Assembly (NCBI GenBank): GCA_950097015.1
Contig: CATNEN010000003.1
Span: forward strand, 14,694,001 to 14,758,000
Direction: 5' to 3'
DNA from: Macrostomum hystrix
Lineage: Eukaryota > Animalia > Platyhelminthes
Length of the DNA stretch: 64,000 nt
A model generated the notes under the pieces. It saw nothing but the letters and a program-made list of their open reading frames with translations. It did no database searches and was not told the origin of the DNA. Within the stretch, counting starts at the first letter, position 1; each line of letters starts with the position of its first letter. The position numbers and the translations under genes were made by a program. Positions 13,795 to 27,590 of this stretch are shown one piece after another.

Positions 13795-14410
13795 GAATGA
13801 CGGAAGTGACGGACTAAAACTCCTGATTAGAAACCGCCTTTTGCTAGATGCATGCAGGAAAAACGGGTGCAAATGGTTGAAGGTTTTAACTTATATTTTT
13901 CAGCAGCTCTTATCTATCTAAAGTGTTCGCTCTATTCCATCTTATCTTTGTATGCTTGATTCGTTGTTTACATTAAGTAAGTTCGATGTTTGCCTATGTT
14001 GTAACATCATCTCTTACATCCTTTTCCCTATTTTATATTTTTATTTTTTAAGGAACCACTTTTAATCTAAGCCTAGGTGTATTTATATAAATATGAAAAA
14101 GGGGATCAAAAATGGTGTGTCCGTAATGAAACGGTAACTTAATTAATTACGAGTTTCAACTGTACATTTTTCGAACAGTCTATAAAATCAAAATCAGTTT
14201 TTTTAATAGACAAATGCGACATCCTATAGCAGTAAAGATTTCTAATTTATTTGCAAATTTTATACTTAATTTTCTACCTCCTTAATCGGTAATTCTTCAG
14301 CGTATTTTGTCAAACTAACAGACTTGGTTATAGTTTGGCCTAGCTAACTAATCTTATCAAGGCAAGAAAAAAAAATATTCTAGACACAGAAAACTTTTTT
14401 CGTGCCTACA

Positions 14411-14425
14411 GTTGCCATTAGCAAC
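14411..14425. promoter_or_regulatory. X-box (RFX site) in the divergent promoter between the GPCR and DTHD1-like A
   Basis: GTTGCCATTAGCAAC fits GTNRCC-N(0-3)-RGYAAC and ends 38 bp before the predicted ATG at 14463. Confidence 0.7.
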
Positions 14426-14462
14426 CGCCATTTAGCAGAAAACTTATTATCTGTTATAAAAA

Positions 14463-17400
14463 ATGAATGCGCGTGAATTGACTAAACTCGTAGGGTAAGT
14501 AGGGCTTTAGTTGAATCTTAGAAAGGCCTATAAGACCCATTGGCCATCAGTATGACATTAGTACAGTCATTTGCCAAGATCCAGAATCAATTCAGATCAT
14601 TAACGAATCAATTAGTAGATAGGCGAACTAACAATGCAGTCGGCAACGATTTGCCAAGATTGAAAATCAACGAGATCAATGCCGAGGTGAAGATTGCCAA
14701 CGAGAGTTTCAGAGAGTGCAGCGCCGTTCTGGACGCTCAGCGAGATGCTTCTGAGCAAGCGGCCGCTTCAGTGAAAGACTTCATGCAAGAGCTGAAACTG
14801 CTGGTTGAAGATGGTGAGATATTCTCAGAGTTGAATTCTGAGGAGAATAAATAGACACCTGAGTAGGATGAGCAGACACCTGAGGAGAATGAGTAGACAC
14901 CTGAGGAGAATGAGTAGACACCTGAGGAGGATGAGTAGACACCTGAGGAGGATGAGTAGACACCTGAGTAGGATGAGCAGACACCTGAGGAGAATGAGCA
15001 GACACCTGAGGAGAATGAGTAGACACCTGAGGAGAATGAGCAGACACCTGAGGAGAATGAGTAGACACCTGAGGAGAATGAGCAGACACCTGAGGAGGAT
15101 GGGCAAAAAACTAAGGAGAATGAGTAGGTAGACACATGAGAAGAATAAGAAGAGGACACATGAAAAGAATGAGTAGACACATGAGAAAAATGAGTAGACA
15201 CATGACTAGAATGAGTAGACACAGGAGAAAAATTAGAAAAGAATCTTAGAGAAAGGTTCATTTAAAAGAGCTACAATAAGCATTTGATTATTTTTATCAA
15301 TCCTAATCCGCCGCCTTCACATCAACAAACCAAAAAATGAAAGTTGACGGTGACAACAGCAACTTCATGGCTGGTTCCGGCGGCACTAGAAAAATTCTTT
15401 CCGGGCCAAAAGATCTAAAAGACCTGTTAGAATTGTCGCAGACTCTAAAAGACACCATGCAACTGATGGAGACTGTGCAAGAACTGCTGCAGAAGAGTGT
15501 TGAAAACAGTCGCCAAGGCGAGGGCCTGACAGAGGATGTCGACTTGGAGGTCAGAATCAGTTTCAACACTTAACAGTCTGAATGAGATCAGTGTGAAACA
15601 AGAGCAATGAGATCTATGGGAAATGAGTGTGAATCAATCGGAATCTATTGTGAATCTATGGGAAATGAGTATGATTCTATGGGAAATGAGTGTGATTCTA
15701 TGGGAAATGAGTGTGATTCTATGGGAAATGAGTGTGATTCTATGGGAAATGAGTGTGATTCTATGGAAATGAGTGTGATTCTATGGAAATGAGTGTGGAT
15801 CTGTGGGAAATGAGTGTGAATCTATGGGAAATGAGTGTGATTCTATGGGAAATGAGTGTGAATCTATGGGAAATGAGTGTGATTCTATGGGAAATGAGTG
15901 TGGATCTATTGGAAATCATTGTAGACCAATATGAATTGAGTGTGCATGCAGGATTAGTTATTATGAATCTTGCGGGATTACGGGAAAAAACAAGTTACAA
16001 GTTAAGTTGTTATTGCTAATAATAAGCTTAATCCGCATATTATTAGCTTGTATCTTAGGACTTTTTGACACGCAACGTAAACTATGTCAAATTTCCAAAT
16101 TGAACAGCTGGACAGACTAATTATAAGCTCCCAGAAGCTTCTGGGAGCTCGAGAAGAACGTCTGAAACGCGAAGAAGAAGAACGTCTGAAACGCGAAGAA
16201 GAAGAACGTCTAAAACGCGAAGAAGAAGAGCGTCTGAAAAGCGAAGAAGAAGAGCGTCTGAAACGCGAAGAAGAAGAGCGTCTGAAACGTGAAGAAGAGC
16301 GTCTGAAACGTGAAGAAGAACGTTTGAAACGCGAAGAAGAAGAACGTCTAAAACGCGAAGAAGAAGAGCGTCTGAAAAGCGAAGAAAAAGAGCGTCTGAA
16401 ACGCGAAGAAGAAGAGCGTCTGAAACGCGAAGAAGAAGAGCGTCTGAAACGCGAAGAAGAAGAGCGTCTGAAAAGCGAAGAAGAAGAGCGTCTGAAACGC
16501 GAAGAAGAACGTCTGAAACGCGAAGAAGAACGTCTGAAACGCGAAGAAGAAGAGCGTCTGAAACGCGAAGAAGAACGTCTGAAACGCGAAGAAGAACGTC
16601 TGAAACGCGAAGAAGAAGAGCGTCTGAAACGTGAAGAAGAGCGTCTGAAACGCGAAGAAGAAGAGCGTCTGAAACGCGAAGAAGAAGAACGAAAGAGACT
16701 AGAGATTGAGAACCAACTCAAGAGAGAATCTGAGCTTCGACAAAGGCAGGCGATGGAGGAGGCTCGCAGAAAACGCGAAGCGGCGGAAAAGATAAAGCGT
16801 GATCTAGAAGAGAAGCGATTGCTTCTAGATGAGGAGCGCAATTGGCAAGCAATTGAGCTACCAATTCAGGATAGCAAAGAGGCGGAGCTTTGGCTAAATA
16901 AAAATCGTTCCGGCACGAATTCGCAAATTCGACCGCCTGGTTGCGCGATTCGGGCGCCGAAAGATTCATTTATTAGAGACGAGTTTCGATGTCACGACAT
17001 CTCCGACGAGCTTCAGGCTGAGTCGTTCGGGCCGCACGACGAATTAGCTTGCAGACCGATTCGATTGGAGGCCATTGGTCGATCAGAGTTGGGCGGCAAT
17101 TTTCGCGGTCGACCAATTGAGTGGTTTGTGGCTTTGCCACACTCGGCACCACAGCTGCCTGGAAGGGAAACAGTGATGTTTGTAAGTTTTTAACGTTTAT
17201 AGCTCTGGCATGGTGTTTTGGAGTTTTGCGCATGAGGGGCAAAAAAGGGGGTCGAAAAAGAGGGTGCCTTTTGGGGTTTGCGCTCGAGGGGTAGGAAAAT
17301 AGAGGGTCGAAAGAGAGGGTGCTTTTTGGGGCTGGTGCTGGAGGGTTAGAACAGTAAAGGGTCGAGAGAAAGGGTGTTTCTGGGGTTTGCGCTTGAGGGG

Positions 17401-20400
17401 TAGGAAATAAAGGGTCGAAAGAGAGGGTGCCTTTTGGGGTTTACGCTTTAGGGGTCGAGGGGTCGGAAATAAGGGGTCGAAAGTGTTGGTGTTTGAGGGG
17501 TAGGAAAAAAGGGGGTCGAGAGTGAGGGTGCTTCTTGCGGTTTGTGCTTGCATGTGTAGATTTTAGAATCTGGAAGGAGCCTGGGTTGGGGTTGGTGCTT
17601 TATTGGACAAAATCATTTTCAATATTCCTTAATATTCCAAAGGCGTATAAAAACGATCGCTGGATCGAGCAGCCGTCGTCTGAGATTCGCCAGGACAGTT
17701 TGTCCAGCCAGTTTACCTGGTTGGAGACGAGATTCTCCAAGGCGCCAATCACGATAGTTCTGGTCACTCGTTGGAAGGTGAATAGATTCAGCCTGACTAG
17801 CAGGGGAGCCGAAGTCATCAGCCCGGCGGACAGTCGAATTCGCTTGAGCATTCCGGCCGACTCGTTCTCGCCAAAAGATGCCAGCCTAGATCAGGCTTTC
17901 GAAGCCAGACTGATTTCAGCTGATCTGATCGAAGACTTGCAAACCAACCTGCCTGAGCCTTTCAAGGGCGTGCTAACTACTAGTGCAATTGTTGTGCACA
18001 GTGAGTGTTGGAGTGGGGGCTCGGAATTTCCGATTTTGGATAATGAAAATCATTTTTAGGACTTTTCTTTCCAAAATCTGGGATTTGGGATCTGGGATTT
18101 GGGATCTGGGATTTGGGATCTGGGATTTGGGATCTGGGATTTGGGATCTGGGATTTGGGATCTGGGATTTGGGATCTGGGATTTGGGATCTGGGATTTGG
18201 GATCTGGGATTTGGGATCTGGGATTTGGGATCTGGGATTTGGGATCTGGGATTTGGGATCTGGGATTTGGGATCTGGGATTTGGGATCTGGGATTTGGGA
18301 TCTGGGATTTGGGATCTGGGATTTGGGATCTGGGATTTGGGATCTGGGATTTGGGATCTGGGTTTTGGGATCTGTAATTTTAGATCTGGGATTTGGGATA
18401 TGGGATCTGGGATTTGGTATCTGGGATCTAGGATCTGGGATCTAGGATCTGGGATCTAGGATCTGGGATCTAGGATCTGGGATCTGGGATTTGGGATCTG
18501 TGATTTTAGATTTGGTATTTGGGATATGGGATCTGGGATTTGGTATCTAGGATCTAGGATCTGGGATTTGGGATCTGGGATTTGGGATCTGGGATTTGGG
18601 ATCTGGGATTTGGGATCTGGGATTTGGGATCTGGGATTTGGGATCTGGGATTTGGGATCTGTGATTTTGGATCTGGGATTTAGGATCTGGGATTTTTTTT
18701 AATATTTGGGATGTGAAATTTTTTAAATAATTTTTGTTTAATCCGGGATTTCGATTTGAAATCCTACTTCTGGTACAAGAACTACGGATCGCAGAGCAAC
18801 AATGATCTGCGGTAAACAAACTTTCAGCCTCCTCTGAAAGCAAGACTCTCAGACCGCCGGCCAACTACAGGCTGCACGTGCCGAAGAGCAGCGCCAACAA
18901 GCTGGAACTCAGCGACCCGTTCCATCCGCCCGGAGTCGCCTCCGCCGGCGTCAGGAGGTTGTCTGTTGCGCCGCAACGACTTAAAAACTCCCGCAGGCAT
19001 AGCAGCTCAGCGACAGGTGACAGCTGTCTTTGAGTTTTTTTGTACTTAAGTAACTTTCACGTCTGTCTGTCTGCGAGTCTGTATTGATGACTGTCTGTCT
19101 GTATTTCTGTATTGATGACTGTCAGTCTGTATTTCTGTATTGATGACTGTCTGTCTGTAATTCTGTATTAATGTCTGTCTGTCTGTATTTCTGCTTTGAT
19201 GATTCTCTGTCAGTATTTCTGTAATTATGACTCTGTCTGTCAGTCTGTCCAGTAATTACTCCAATTTACGTCAATCATCACTTACAGTCTCGAATTCGAC
19301 ATCCGAGGACAGAATAATCCTAGCTGAAATTGACACCGACGATGACATGGCTCATTGGACTGCTCTAGAAATCATTGATAAGGAAGAATTAACTGGCAAG
19401 GATGTCCTGACTGTGAAGATAACTAATTTAAAAAGTCGAAGGTATACTACGCTCGTATAGTACGATTGGATTTTAATATGTAGTTTAACAAAATAACTAT
19501 AAATACTTATTCTATTTTCATTTGCAGAATGTTGGCATTGAGAACAACAAAAAAATTCGATATTGATCAATTAGATTTTGTTTGCAAATCTATTGAATCA
19601 GAAATGGCTACTAAAACTGCGACTCTAGTTGTTAGACTAAGCGCCGATGAGAATAGTAGGAAGGTATGTACTTTTATATTTTTAGTAGGAATTAATTAGT
19701 TAATCAGACACTAGATCAATAGATAATCAGATGCTAGATCTATCGGTAATCAGATGCTAGATCTATCGGTAATCAGATGCTAGATCTATCGGTAATCAGA
19801 TGCTAGATCTATCGGTAATCAGATGCTAGATCTATCGGTAATCAGATGCTAGATCTATCGGTAATCAGATGCTAGATCTATCGGTAATCAGATGCTAGAT
19901 CTATCGGTAATCAGATGTTAGATCTATCGGTAATCAGATGCTAGATCTATCGGTAATCAGATGCTAGATCTATATGTAATCAGATGCTAGATCTATCGGT
20001 AATCAGATGCTAGATCTATCGGTAATCAGATGCTAGATCTATCGGTATTCAGATGTTAGATCTATCGGTAATCAGATGCTAGATCTATCGGTAATCAGAT
20101 GCTAGATCTATCGGTAATCAGATGCTAGATCTATCGGTAATCAGATGCTAGATCTATCGGTAATCAGATGCTAGATCTATCGGTAATCAGATGCTAGATC
20201 TATCGGTAATCAGATGCTAGATCTATCGGTAATCAGATGCTAGATCTATCGGTAATCAGATGCTAGATCTATCGGTAATCAGATGCTAGATCTATCGGTA
20301 ATCAGATGCTAGATCTATATGTAATCAGATGCTAGATCTATCGGTAATCAGATGCTAGATCTATCGGTAATCAGATGCTAGATCTATATGTAATCAGATG

Positions 20401-21974
20401 CTAGATCTATCGGTAATCAGATGCTAGATCTATCGGTAATCAGATGCTAGATCTATCGGTAATCAGATGCTAGATCTATATGTAATCAGATGCTAGATCT
20501 ATCGGTAATCAGATGCTATTTCAATTCCCTAAATTTAGGCTGTGATTGCCCTTCCTACTGAGACGGCTAGGCCAGCCCTGTTAGAACTCCTGACCTCGCA
20601 CGGTTTCAAACAGCCAGCGCCGGGCCCAACCTCGCTAGCCAATCAGGATTGGCCAATTGAAATTCGGGTGCGCGAGCGTCAATTGTTGCAAATTGAAATC
20701 ACTGGCAATATTACTAGCGTCAATGGCGACCAACTGACACTGAAATTCAATAGTCAAGACTTCAATTGGCAACTAGTGACGTAGGTTGATAAAATATTTA
20801 AAATCTGCAGACTTTGTTTGACAACATAGACAATAAAAACTCCCCCATCAAATTTCAGCCTATCACCAAAAGATCCATACCTGCAGACATCGTTGCCTCG
20901 CTATCGCGGATTTGTGCAAGTATTTAGCGAACTGCAGCCGGATCAGCTTGCTAAGCAACCAGTGCAACTGGCTAAGCTGAAATCCGATAGAAGCGAGGCT
21001 CCTATTTGGAAGTCTCCGTTTCAATTTAAAGCTAAAGGTGAGATTCTTGGAAAACTGGTTACAGTCTAACAGGTAGGCCCTCACTTCAAAGAACAGGTTA
21101 CAGTCGTGTCTAACCGGTAGACACTCACTTACAAGCAGTTTATTGACCAATCTAACAATATATCCTTTCACAGATGCAGTTAACATGGACTACCTGGTTG
21201 AGCTAGCTGTGGATATTCAAAACAATTGGCAAGCTCTAGCTGATCAACTCGGAGTATCTAGGGAGCGATGCTCGGTCATCAGGAATGTACAATCCAGTGA
21301 GATTGACCAGGCTTTGGAAATGCTAGTTCATTGGTTTAAAGGCACCACGGTGAAGGATAGCAAGGTATGAATACTGTTTTGCTATGCTGTGATTATTTTA
21401 AATAATTTAATTCATAAATTTTAATTATAATTATAATTATAATTTTAATTAAATTAAACTTAAATTAGATTTTAATTAAATTAAAATTTAATTTAATTTT
21501 AATTTGGATATTAAATAATGATATTGAATTTTAAATAATTTTTATAATTAATAAAATAATTAATAAATAATTTTTTTAATTTAAATCCTAATTTAATTTT
21601 AATTTTCAATTAAAATTTTAATAATTTAATTTAATGCATACTTTATAGTAGAAAGACGACTATAAGGGTTATTTCGAATACCCAAATTTTCTTTTAAACA
21701 AACTTAAACTAAAATATTGAAACAAAATTGGCATCGTTGTTTTGTTATCACGTCGGCAATCATTGCTGACTATTCTATATTCAGCAATACTATTCTAGTA
21801 TTCCCAGACGAAAACATAATGTGGTCTTACTACTGTTAAAGTAACAAATTATGCCTTTTTTCTTTAATTCAGATGGAAATTCTGTCAAAAGCTCTGAAAC
21901 AGACTGGCTACATTGGCTTAGCCAAGGATCTGCAGCAAAGACAGAGACAATTGAACGCCCAGGCTAACGATTAA
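14463..21974 (+). CDS. Death-domain protein, DTHD1-like (coiled coil/SAH, ZU5-like x2, UPA-like, death domain), paralogue A (~1041 aa, 12 exons)
   Basis: join(14463..14494,14551..14813,15344..15549,16108..17181,17643..18000,18828..19016,19288..19441,19528..19663,20539..20780,20859..21037,21174..21364,21873..21974) gives an open frame. ZU5-like CAIRAP...FVALPHS and SPADSRIRLSIPADSF. C-terminal death domain YLVELAVDIQNNWQALADQLGVS...QALEMLVHW...LSKALKQTGYIGLAKDL. The exon 3 acceptor is weak. Confidence 0.82.
14838..15230. repeat. 21-bp minisatellite, gene A intron 2
   Basis: Unit gagtagacacctgaggagaat. Confidence 0.93.
15613..15912. repeat. 21-bp minisatellite, gene A intron 3
   Basis: Unit ctatgggaaatgagtgtgatt. 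Confidence 0.93.
16150..16692 (+). repeat. Coding 21/24-bp minisatellite encoding (RLKREEE[E]) x ~23, a predicted single alpha-helix
   Basis: Lies inside exon 4 of gene A, in frame with the downstream ZU5-like sequence. Confidence 0.9.
18077..18694. repeat. 14-bp minisatellite (GGGATCTGGGATTT)n, gene A intron 5
   Basis: Direct reading. Confidence 0.96.
19724..20518. repeat. 23-bp minisatellite, gene A intron 8
   Basis: Unit taatcagatgctagatctatcgg, ~34 copies. Confidence 0.96.
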
Positions 21975-22703
21975 CGACTAACGATCAACGACTTCAGAGT
22001 TTTGACATAAATGATGAAAGACTTAAGTTTTTGGATTAGTTTTTTTTTAATTCTGTAAAATTTATAGATTCTGATTTTATTGTTTTGTTTAATTTCCAAT
22101 AACGAATGGACCTATATTAAATATTTTTTTAGAACATACCAATTTTTTTGCTGTGTGAAATGATTTTTCTTTTTTTCGATAATTTGTTTCAAAATTTACC
22201 GATTTCAGAAAAAATGTTTTTAATCTACTTTCAGTAGTATTTTTTAACGTCAATGTGTTAATAATATTTATTCTACTCACTAGAGTATCAATTCAATAAA
22301 TAAAATTTAATATTAAATATAAAGACGTACTATTAAGGAACTCAAAATTCTCTTTTGAATGCGAGAATCTAGCATTAGCTAATATATGGTCGTTATTTCT
22401 ACTATAAAGTGCAGTAATGCATTTAACAAGCTATGAAGCATAAACGTGTGTAAAGTTTAGAGTAACTAACAATGATTTCTTTCTGCAAAACAATCTGGTT
22501 CTTTCTCTTCTCTAAACCTTTGCAGTGCTTTTGGGTCCTAAACAAAATATTTTCCATGCAATTGTGACGATGGCAAAGGGTTTATTGATTGACTGCAGCG
22601 AGAGAGCAAAAGTTTTTGAACACGATTGCAGTTAGCAACTAAAGCATTCTAAAAATGTTTTATTACAAAGCAAACGTGTTAGGAGGCCCAACTACACGCT
22701 AAA

Positions 22704-23325
22704 GTCGTGTCTAACAGGTAGACGCTTACTTACAAGAACAGGTTACAGTCGTGTCTAACAGGTAGACACTCACTTCAAAGAACAGGTGACAGTCGTGTCT
22801 AACAGGTAGACACTCACTTCAAATAACAGGTTACAGTCGTGTCTAACAGGTCGACACTCACTTCAAAGAACAGGTGACAGTCGTGTCTAACAGGTAGACA
22901 CTCACTTCAAATAACAGGTTACAGTCGTGTCTAACAGGTCGACACTCACTTCAAAGAACAGGTTACAGTCGTGTCTAACAGGTAGACACTCACTTACAAA
23001 GAACAGGTTACAGTCGTGTCTAACAGGTAGACACTCACTTACAAAGAACAGGTTACAGTCGTGTCTAACAGGTAGACACTCACTTCAAATAACAGGTTAC
23101 AGTCGTGTCTAACAGGTCGACACTCACTTCAAAGAACAGGTGACAGTCGTGTCTAACAGGTAGACACTCACTTCAAATAACAGGTTACAGTCGTGTCTAA
23201 CAGGTCGACACTCACTTCAAAGAACAGGTTACAGTCGTGTCTAACAGGTAGACACTCACTTACAAAGAACAGGTTACAGTCTTGTCTAACAGGTAGACAA
23301 AACCTAAACGAACAGGTTACAATCG
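22704..23325. repeat. 44/45-bp minisatellite
   Basis: Unit caggttacagtcgtgtctaacaggtagacactcacttcaaagaa. About 2 units also occur at 21055-21135. Confidence 0.95.
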
Positions 23326-23707
23326 TAGATAAACTGACTCTAACTCTTTAATCAAATCGAATTCAGATAAATAGTCAGAAAACTAAATGGAATGTAATAA
23401 AAGAACTTTGGCCACATTATTCAAAGGCAAACAGCCGCTTATTTGACAATTTAATGAGCTTGAAGATAGAACTAAGCGCAGAACTAATATTTGCTTGCTT
23501 GTTTTACTCTCTTCTTTCCATTTTGTTTGCTTTTTTGTAGACATTTGCTTGCTGTTTTGCCACTTTAATGCAGAAATGATAGAGAAATATTTGACCATGA
23601 TAAAATTTTCTGAAAAGAAAATACTAGGAGACTGCAGCTTTTGATGAAAAATCTTCAGGTCAGAAGCTAATATAGAAAGCAGTGCTCTATTTTTTAGCGG
23701 TTTTAGT

Positions 23708-24730
23708 AGACCCTACTTTTTGGTTTGAGTATAGACCCTACTCTTCGGCTTGAGTATCGACTCTAAACTTCGGCTTGAGTATATAGATCTTCCTCTTCGG
23801 CTTGAGTATAGACCCTACTCTTCGGATTGAGTATCGACTCTACTCTTCGGCTTGAGTATAGATCTTCCTCTTCGGCTTGAGTATAGACCCTACTTTTCGG
23901 CTTGAGTATAGACCCTACTCTTCGGCTTGAGTATAGACCCTACTCTTCGGCTTGAGTATAGACCCTACTCTTCGGCTTGAGTATAGACCCTACTCTTCGG
24001 CTTGAGTATAGACTCTACTCTTCGGCTTGAGTATCGACTCTACTCTTCGGCTTGAGTATCGACTCTACTCTTCGGCTTGAGTATAGACTCTACTCTTCGG
24101 CTTGAGTATAGACCCTACTCTTCGGCTTGAGTATCGACTCTACTCTTCGGCTTGAGTATCGACTCTACTCTTCGGCTTGAGTATCGACTCTACTCTTCGG
24201 CTTGAGTATAGACTCTACTCTTCGGCTTGAGTATAGACTCTACTCTTCGGCTTGAGTATAGATCTTCCTCTTCGGCTTGAGTATAGACTCTACTATTCTG
24301 TTTGAGTATAGACCCTACTCTTCGGCTTGAGTATCGACTCTACTCTTCGGCTTGAGTATAGACCCTACTCTTCGGCTTGAGTATAGACTCTACTCTTCGG
24401 TTTGAGTATAGACTCTACTCTTCGGTTTGAGTATAGACTCTACTCTTCGGCTTGAGTATAGACTCTACTCTTCGGCTTGAGTATAGACTCTACTCTTCGG
24501 CTTGAGTATAGACTCTACTCTTCGGCTTGAGTATAGACTCTACTCTTCGGTTTGAGTATAGACTCTACTCTTCGGTTTGAGTATAGATCATCCTCTTCGG
24601 CTTGAGTATAGACCCTACTCTTCGGTTTGAACATCGACCCTGCTCTTCGGTTTGAGTATAGACTCTCTCTACTCTTCGGTTTGAGTATAGACTCTCTCTA
24701 CTCTTCGGTTTGAGTATAGACCCTACTCTT
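23708..24730. repeat. 25-bp hairpin-forming minisatellite
   Basis: Unit gactcTACTCttcggcttGAGTAta. Degenerate siblings lie at 27057-27590. Confidence 0.95.
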
Positions 24731-25272
24731 CTTTATTGGTTCTAGAGTACAAAGGTACTCTTGTGTTATACCCTTGCACTACGAGAAAATACTCAAATCC
24801 CATTAAAAGTACATTTTTTCAACCGAACCAAAAAGCCAATAAGAACCATGCCATCAATTCTCCCAGTTTTTAAGCTGTCAATCAACTATAAAAAAGCTGA
24901 TGCTAAAAGGTTTAGCTTAACTGAACATTTATTGCAACATGCACTGTAGGGTCACTCAAAACCATTCTATTCTGGTATAAAAGTATACAGAGAATTGGGA
25001 AAAGGAAATTTTATCAACAACCCCATGCCAAACTTAAAAAATCTTCAGAGTAGCAATTTCGCAGAAAACTGAAAGGGATATTAACCCTCATTGTGTGCTA
25101 ACCTAACTCTAGGGTCAGTTGAAATTCTGATTGCCAAGGTCGTGCCATGAGTTTTATAAAGATAAGGATAAGAATAGTCTCATCTAATTAAATATCCCTG
25201 CCAATCTAGGACAGAAATATGTTGGGACACGGAAAATATAAAGACATAAGAGAGGAGAGTGTAAGACAGAAA

Positions 25273-26580
25273 GAGTGAGAACGAGACAGTGAAAACGAGA
25301 CAGTGAGAACGAGAGAGTGAGAACGAGACAGTGAGAACGAGACAGTGAGAACGAGAGAGTGAGAACGAGAGAGTGAGAACGAGAGAGTGAGAACAAGAGA
25401 GTGAGAACGAGAGAGTGAGAACGAGAGAGTGAGAACGAGAGAGTGAGAACGAGAGAGTGAAGAGAGTGAGAACGAGAGAGTAAGAACGAGAGAGTGAGAA
25501 CGAGACAGTGAGAACGAGAGAGTGAGAACGAGACAGTGAGAACGAGAGAGTGAGAACGAGAGAGTGAGAACAAGAGAGTGAGAACGAGAGAGTGAGAACG
25601 AGAGAGTGAGAACGAGAGAGTGAGAACGAGAGAGTGAGAACAAGAGAGTGAGAACGAGAGAGTGAGAACGAGAGAGTGAGAACGAGAGAGTGAGAACGAG
25701 AGAGTGAGAACGAGACAGTGAGAACGAGACAGTGAGAACGAGACAATGAGAACGAGAGAGTGAGAACGAGACAGTGAGAACGAGAGAGTGAGAACGAGAC
25801 AGTGAGAACGAGAGAGTGAGAACGAGAGAGTGAGAACGAGAGAGTGAGAACGAGACAGTGAGAACGAGAGAGTGAGAACGAGACAGTGAGAACGAGAGAG
25901 TGAGAACGAGACAGTGAGAACGAGACAGTGAGAACGAGACAGTGAGAACGAGAGAGTGAGAACGAGACAGTGAGAACGAGAGAGTGAGAACAAGAGAGTG
26001 AGAACGAGAGAGTGAGAACAAGAGAGTGAGAACGAGAGAGTGAGAACAAGAGAGTGAGAACGAGAGAGTGAGAACGAGAGAGTGAGAACGAGACAGTGAG
26101 AACGAGACAGTGAGAACGAGACAGTGAGAACGAGAGAGTGAGAACGAGAGAGTGAGAACGAGAGAGTGAGAACGAGACAGTGAGAACGAGAGAGTGAGAA
26201 CGAGAGAATCAGAACGAGACAGTGAGAACGAGACAGTGAGAACGAGACAGTGAGAACGAGACAGTGAGAACGAGACAGTGAGAACGAGACAGTGAGAACG
26301 AGAGAGTGAGAACGAGAGAGTGAGAACGAGATAATCAGAACGAGAGAGGAGAACGAGACAGTGAGAACGAGACAGTGAGAACGAGAGAGTGAGAACGAGA
26401 GAGTGAGAACGAGAGAATCAGAACGAGAGAGTGAGAACGAGAGAATCAGAACGAGAGAGTGAGAACGAGAGAGTGAGAACGAGAGAATCAGAACGAGAGA
26501 GTGAGAACGAGAGAATCAGAACGAGAGAGTGAGAACGAGAAAGTGAGAACGAGAGAGAGTGAGAACGAGAGAGTGAGAAT
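25273..26580. repeat. 14-bp purine-rich minisatellite (GAGAACGAGAGAGT)n
   Basis: Direct reading. Confidence 0.96.
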
Positions 26581-27056
26581 GGAAAAAGTTACCGCTATTA
26601 AAAAAACACAATTCAACTCAAGCCTAAAGTGAATTCGGCATGGCATAACTATATGCGAAAAAATAAAATGAAGTGTTTTGGAACTTAAATATATTTTTAT
26701 TAGGGCCTATTGTTACAAGAAAAGGTATTCTCAAGAGGTGAGAGAAGCGAGAGAAAGAGAGACAGAGAGAGCGATAGACAGCTAAATAATTTGACAGTGT
26801 AGCGTAAATTTGTGACAGTCAAGTCGCTCCTCTCCCATCTAGGAATGCATTTGGCAATGATGAAAATTTGATGAAGACCATCGCCCACAGTGCGACAATT
26901 CCTATTGAAGTGAAGGTCCATTTTTAAGCATAATTGTCACGCAAATAAACAGAGAATGAACTTTTATTGTCTTTGTTTTTTGACAATAGAAATCTGTTAA
27001 TAAGGTGTCTTATTTTTACTTAAAACTTCATGCATTTCCTTATAATTCACATGGTA

Positions 27057-27590
27057 GATTTGAGTAGAACCTATGTCTCGATTTGAGTAGACCCTATGTC
27101 TCGATTTGAGTAGACCCTATGTCTCGATTTGAGTAGACCCTATGTCTCGATTTGAGTAGACCCTATGTCTCGATTTGAGTAGACCCTATGTCTCGATTTG
27201 AGTATAACAACCTAATCTTCGGTTTAAGCATAGACCCTACTCTTCGGTTTTAGTGTACACTCTACCATTCAGTTTGAGCATAGACCCTACTCTTCAGTTT
27301 GAGCATAGACCCTACTCTTCGTTTTGAGTATAGACTCTACTTTTCGGTTTGAGCATAGACTCATACTTATCGGTTTGAGTATAGACCCTACTCTTCAGTT
27401 TGAGCATAGACTCATACTTATCGGTTTGAGTATAGACCCTACTCTTCAGTTTGAGCATAGACTCATACTTATTCGTTTGAGTATACACCCTACTTTTTCA
27501 GTTTAAGTATTGACCCTACTCTTCGGTTTGTGTTTAGAATCTACTCTTCGGCTTGAGCATAGACTCATACTCTTCGATTTGGGCATCGAC
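27057..27590. repeat. 23-bp array followed by a degenerate 25-bp array related to 23708-24730
   Basis: gatttgagtagaccctatgtctc x ~6, then gaccctactcttcggtttgagcata variants. Confidence 0.85.

Noticed and set aside
19724-24730. CRISPR-like appearance of the 23-25 bp partly palindromic repeats (also 36336-36793)
   Set aside because: Units are directly adjacent with no unique spacers, there are no cas genes, and the context is eukaryotic.
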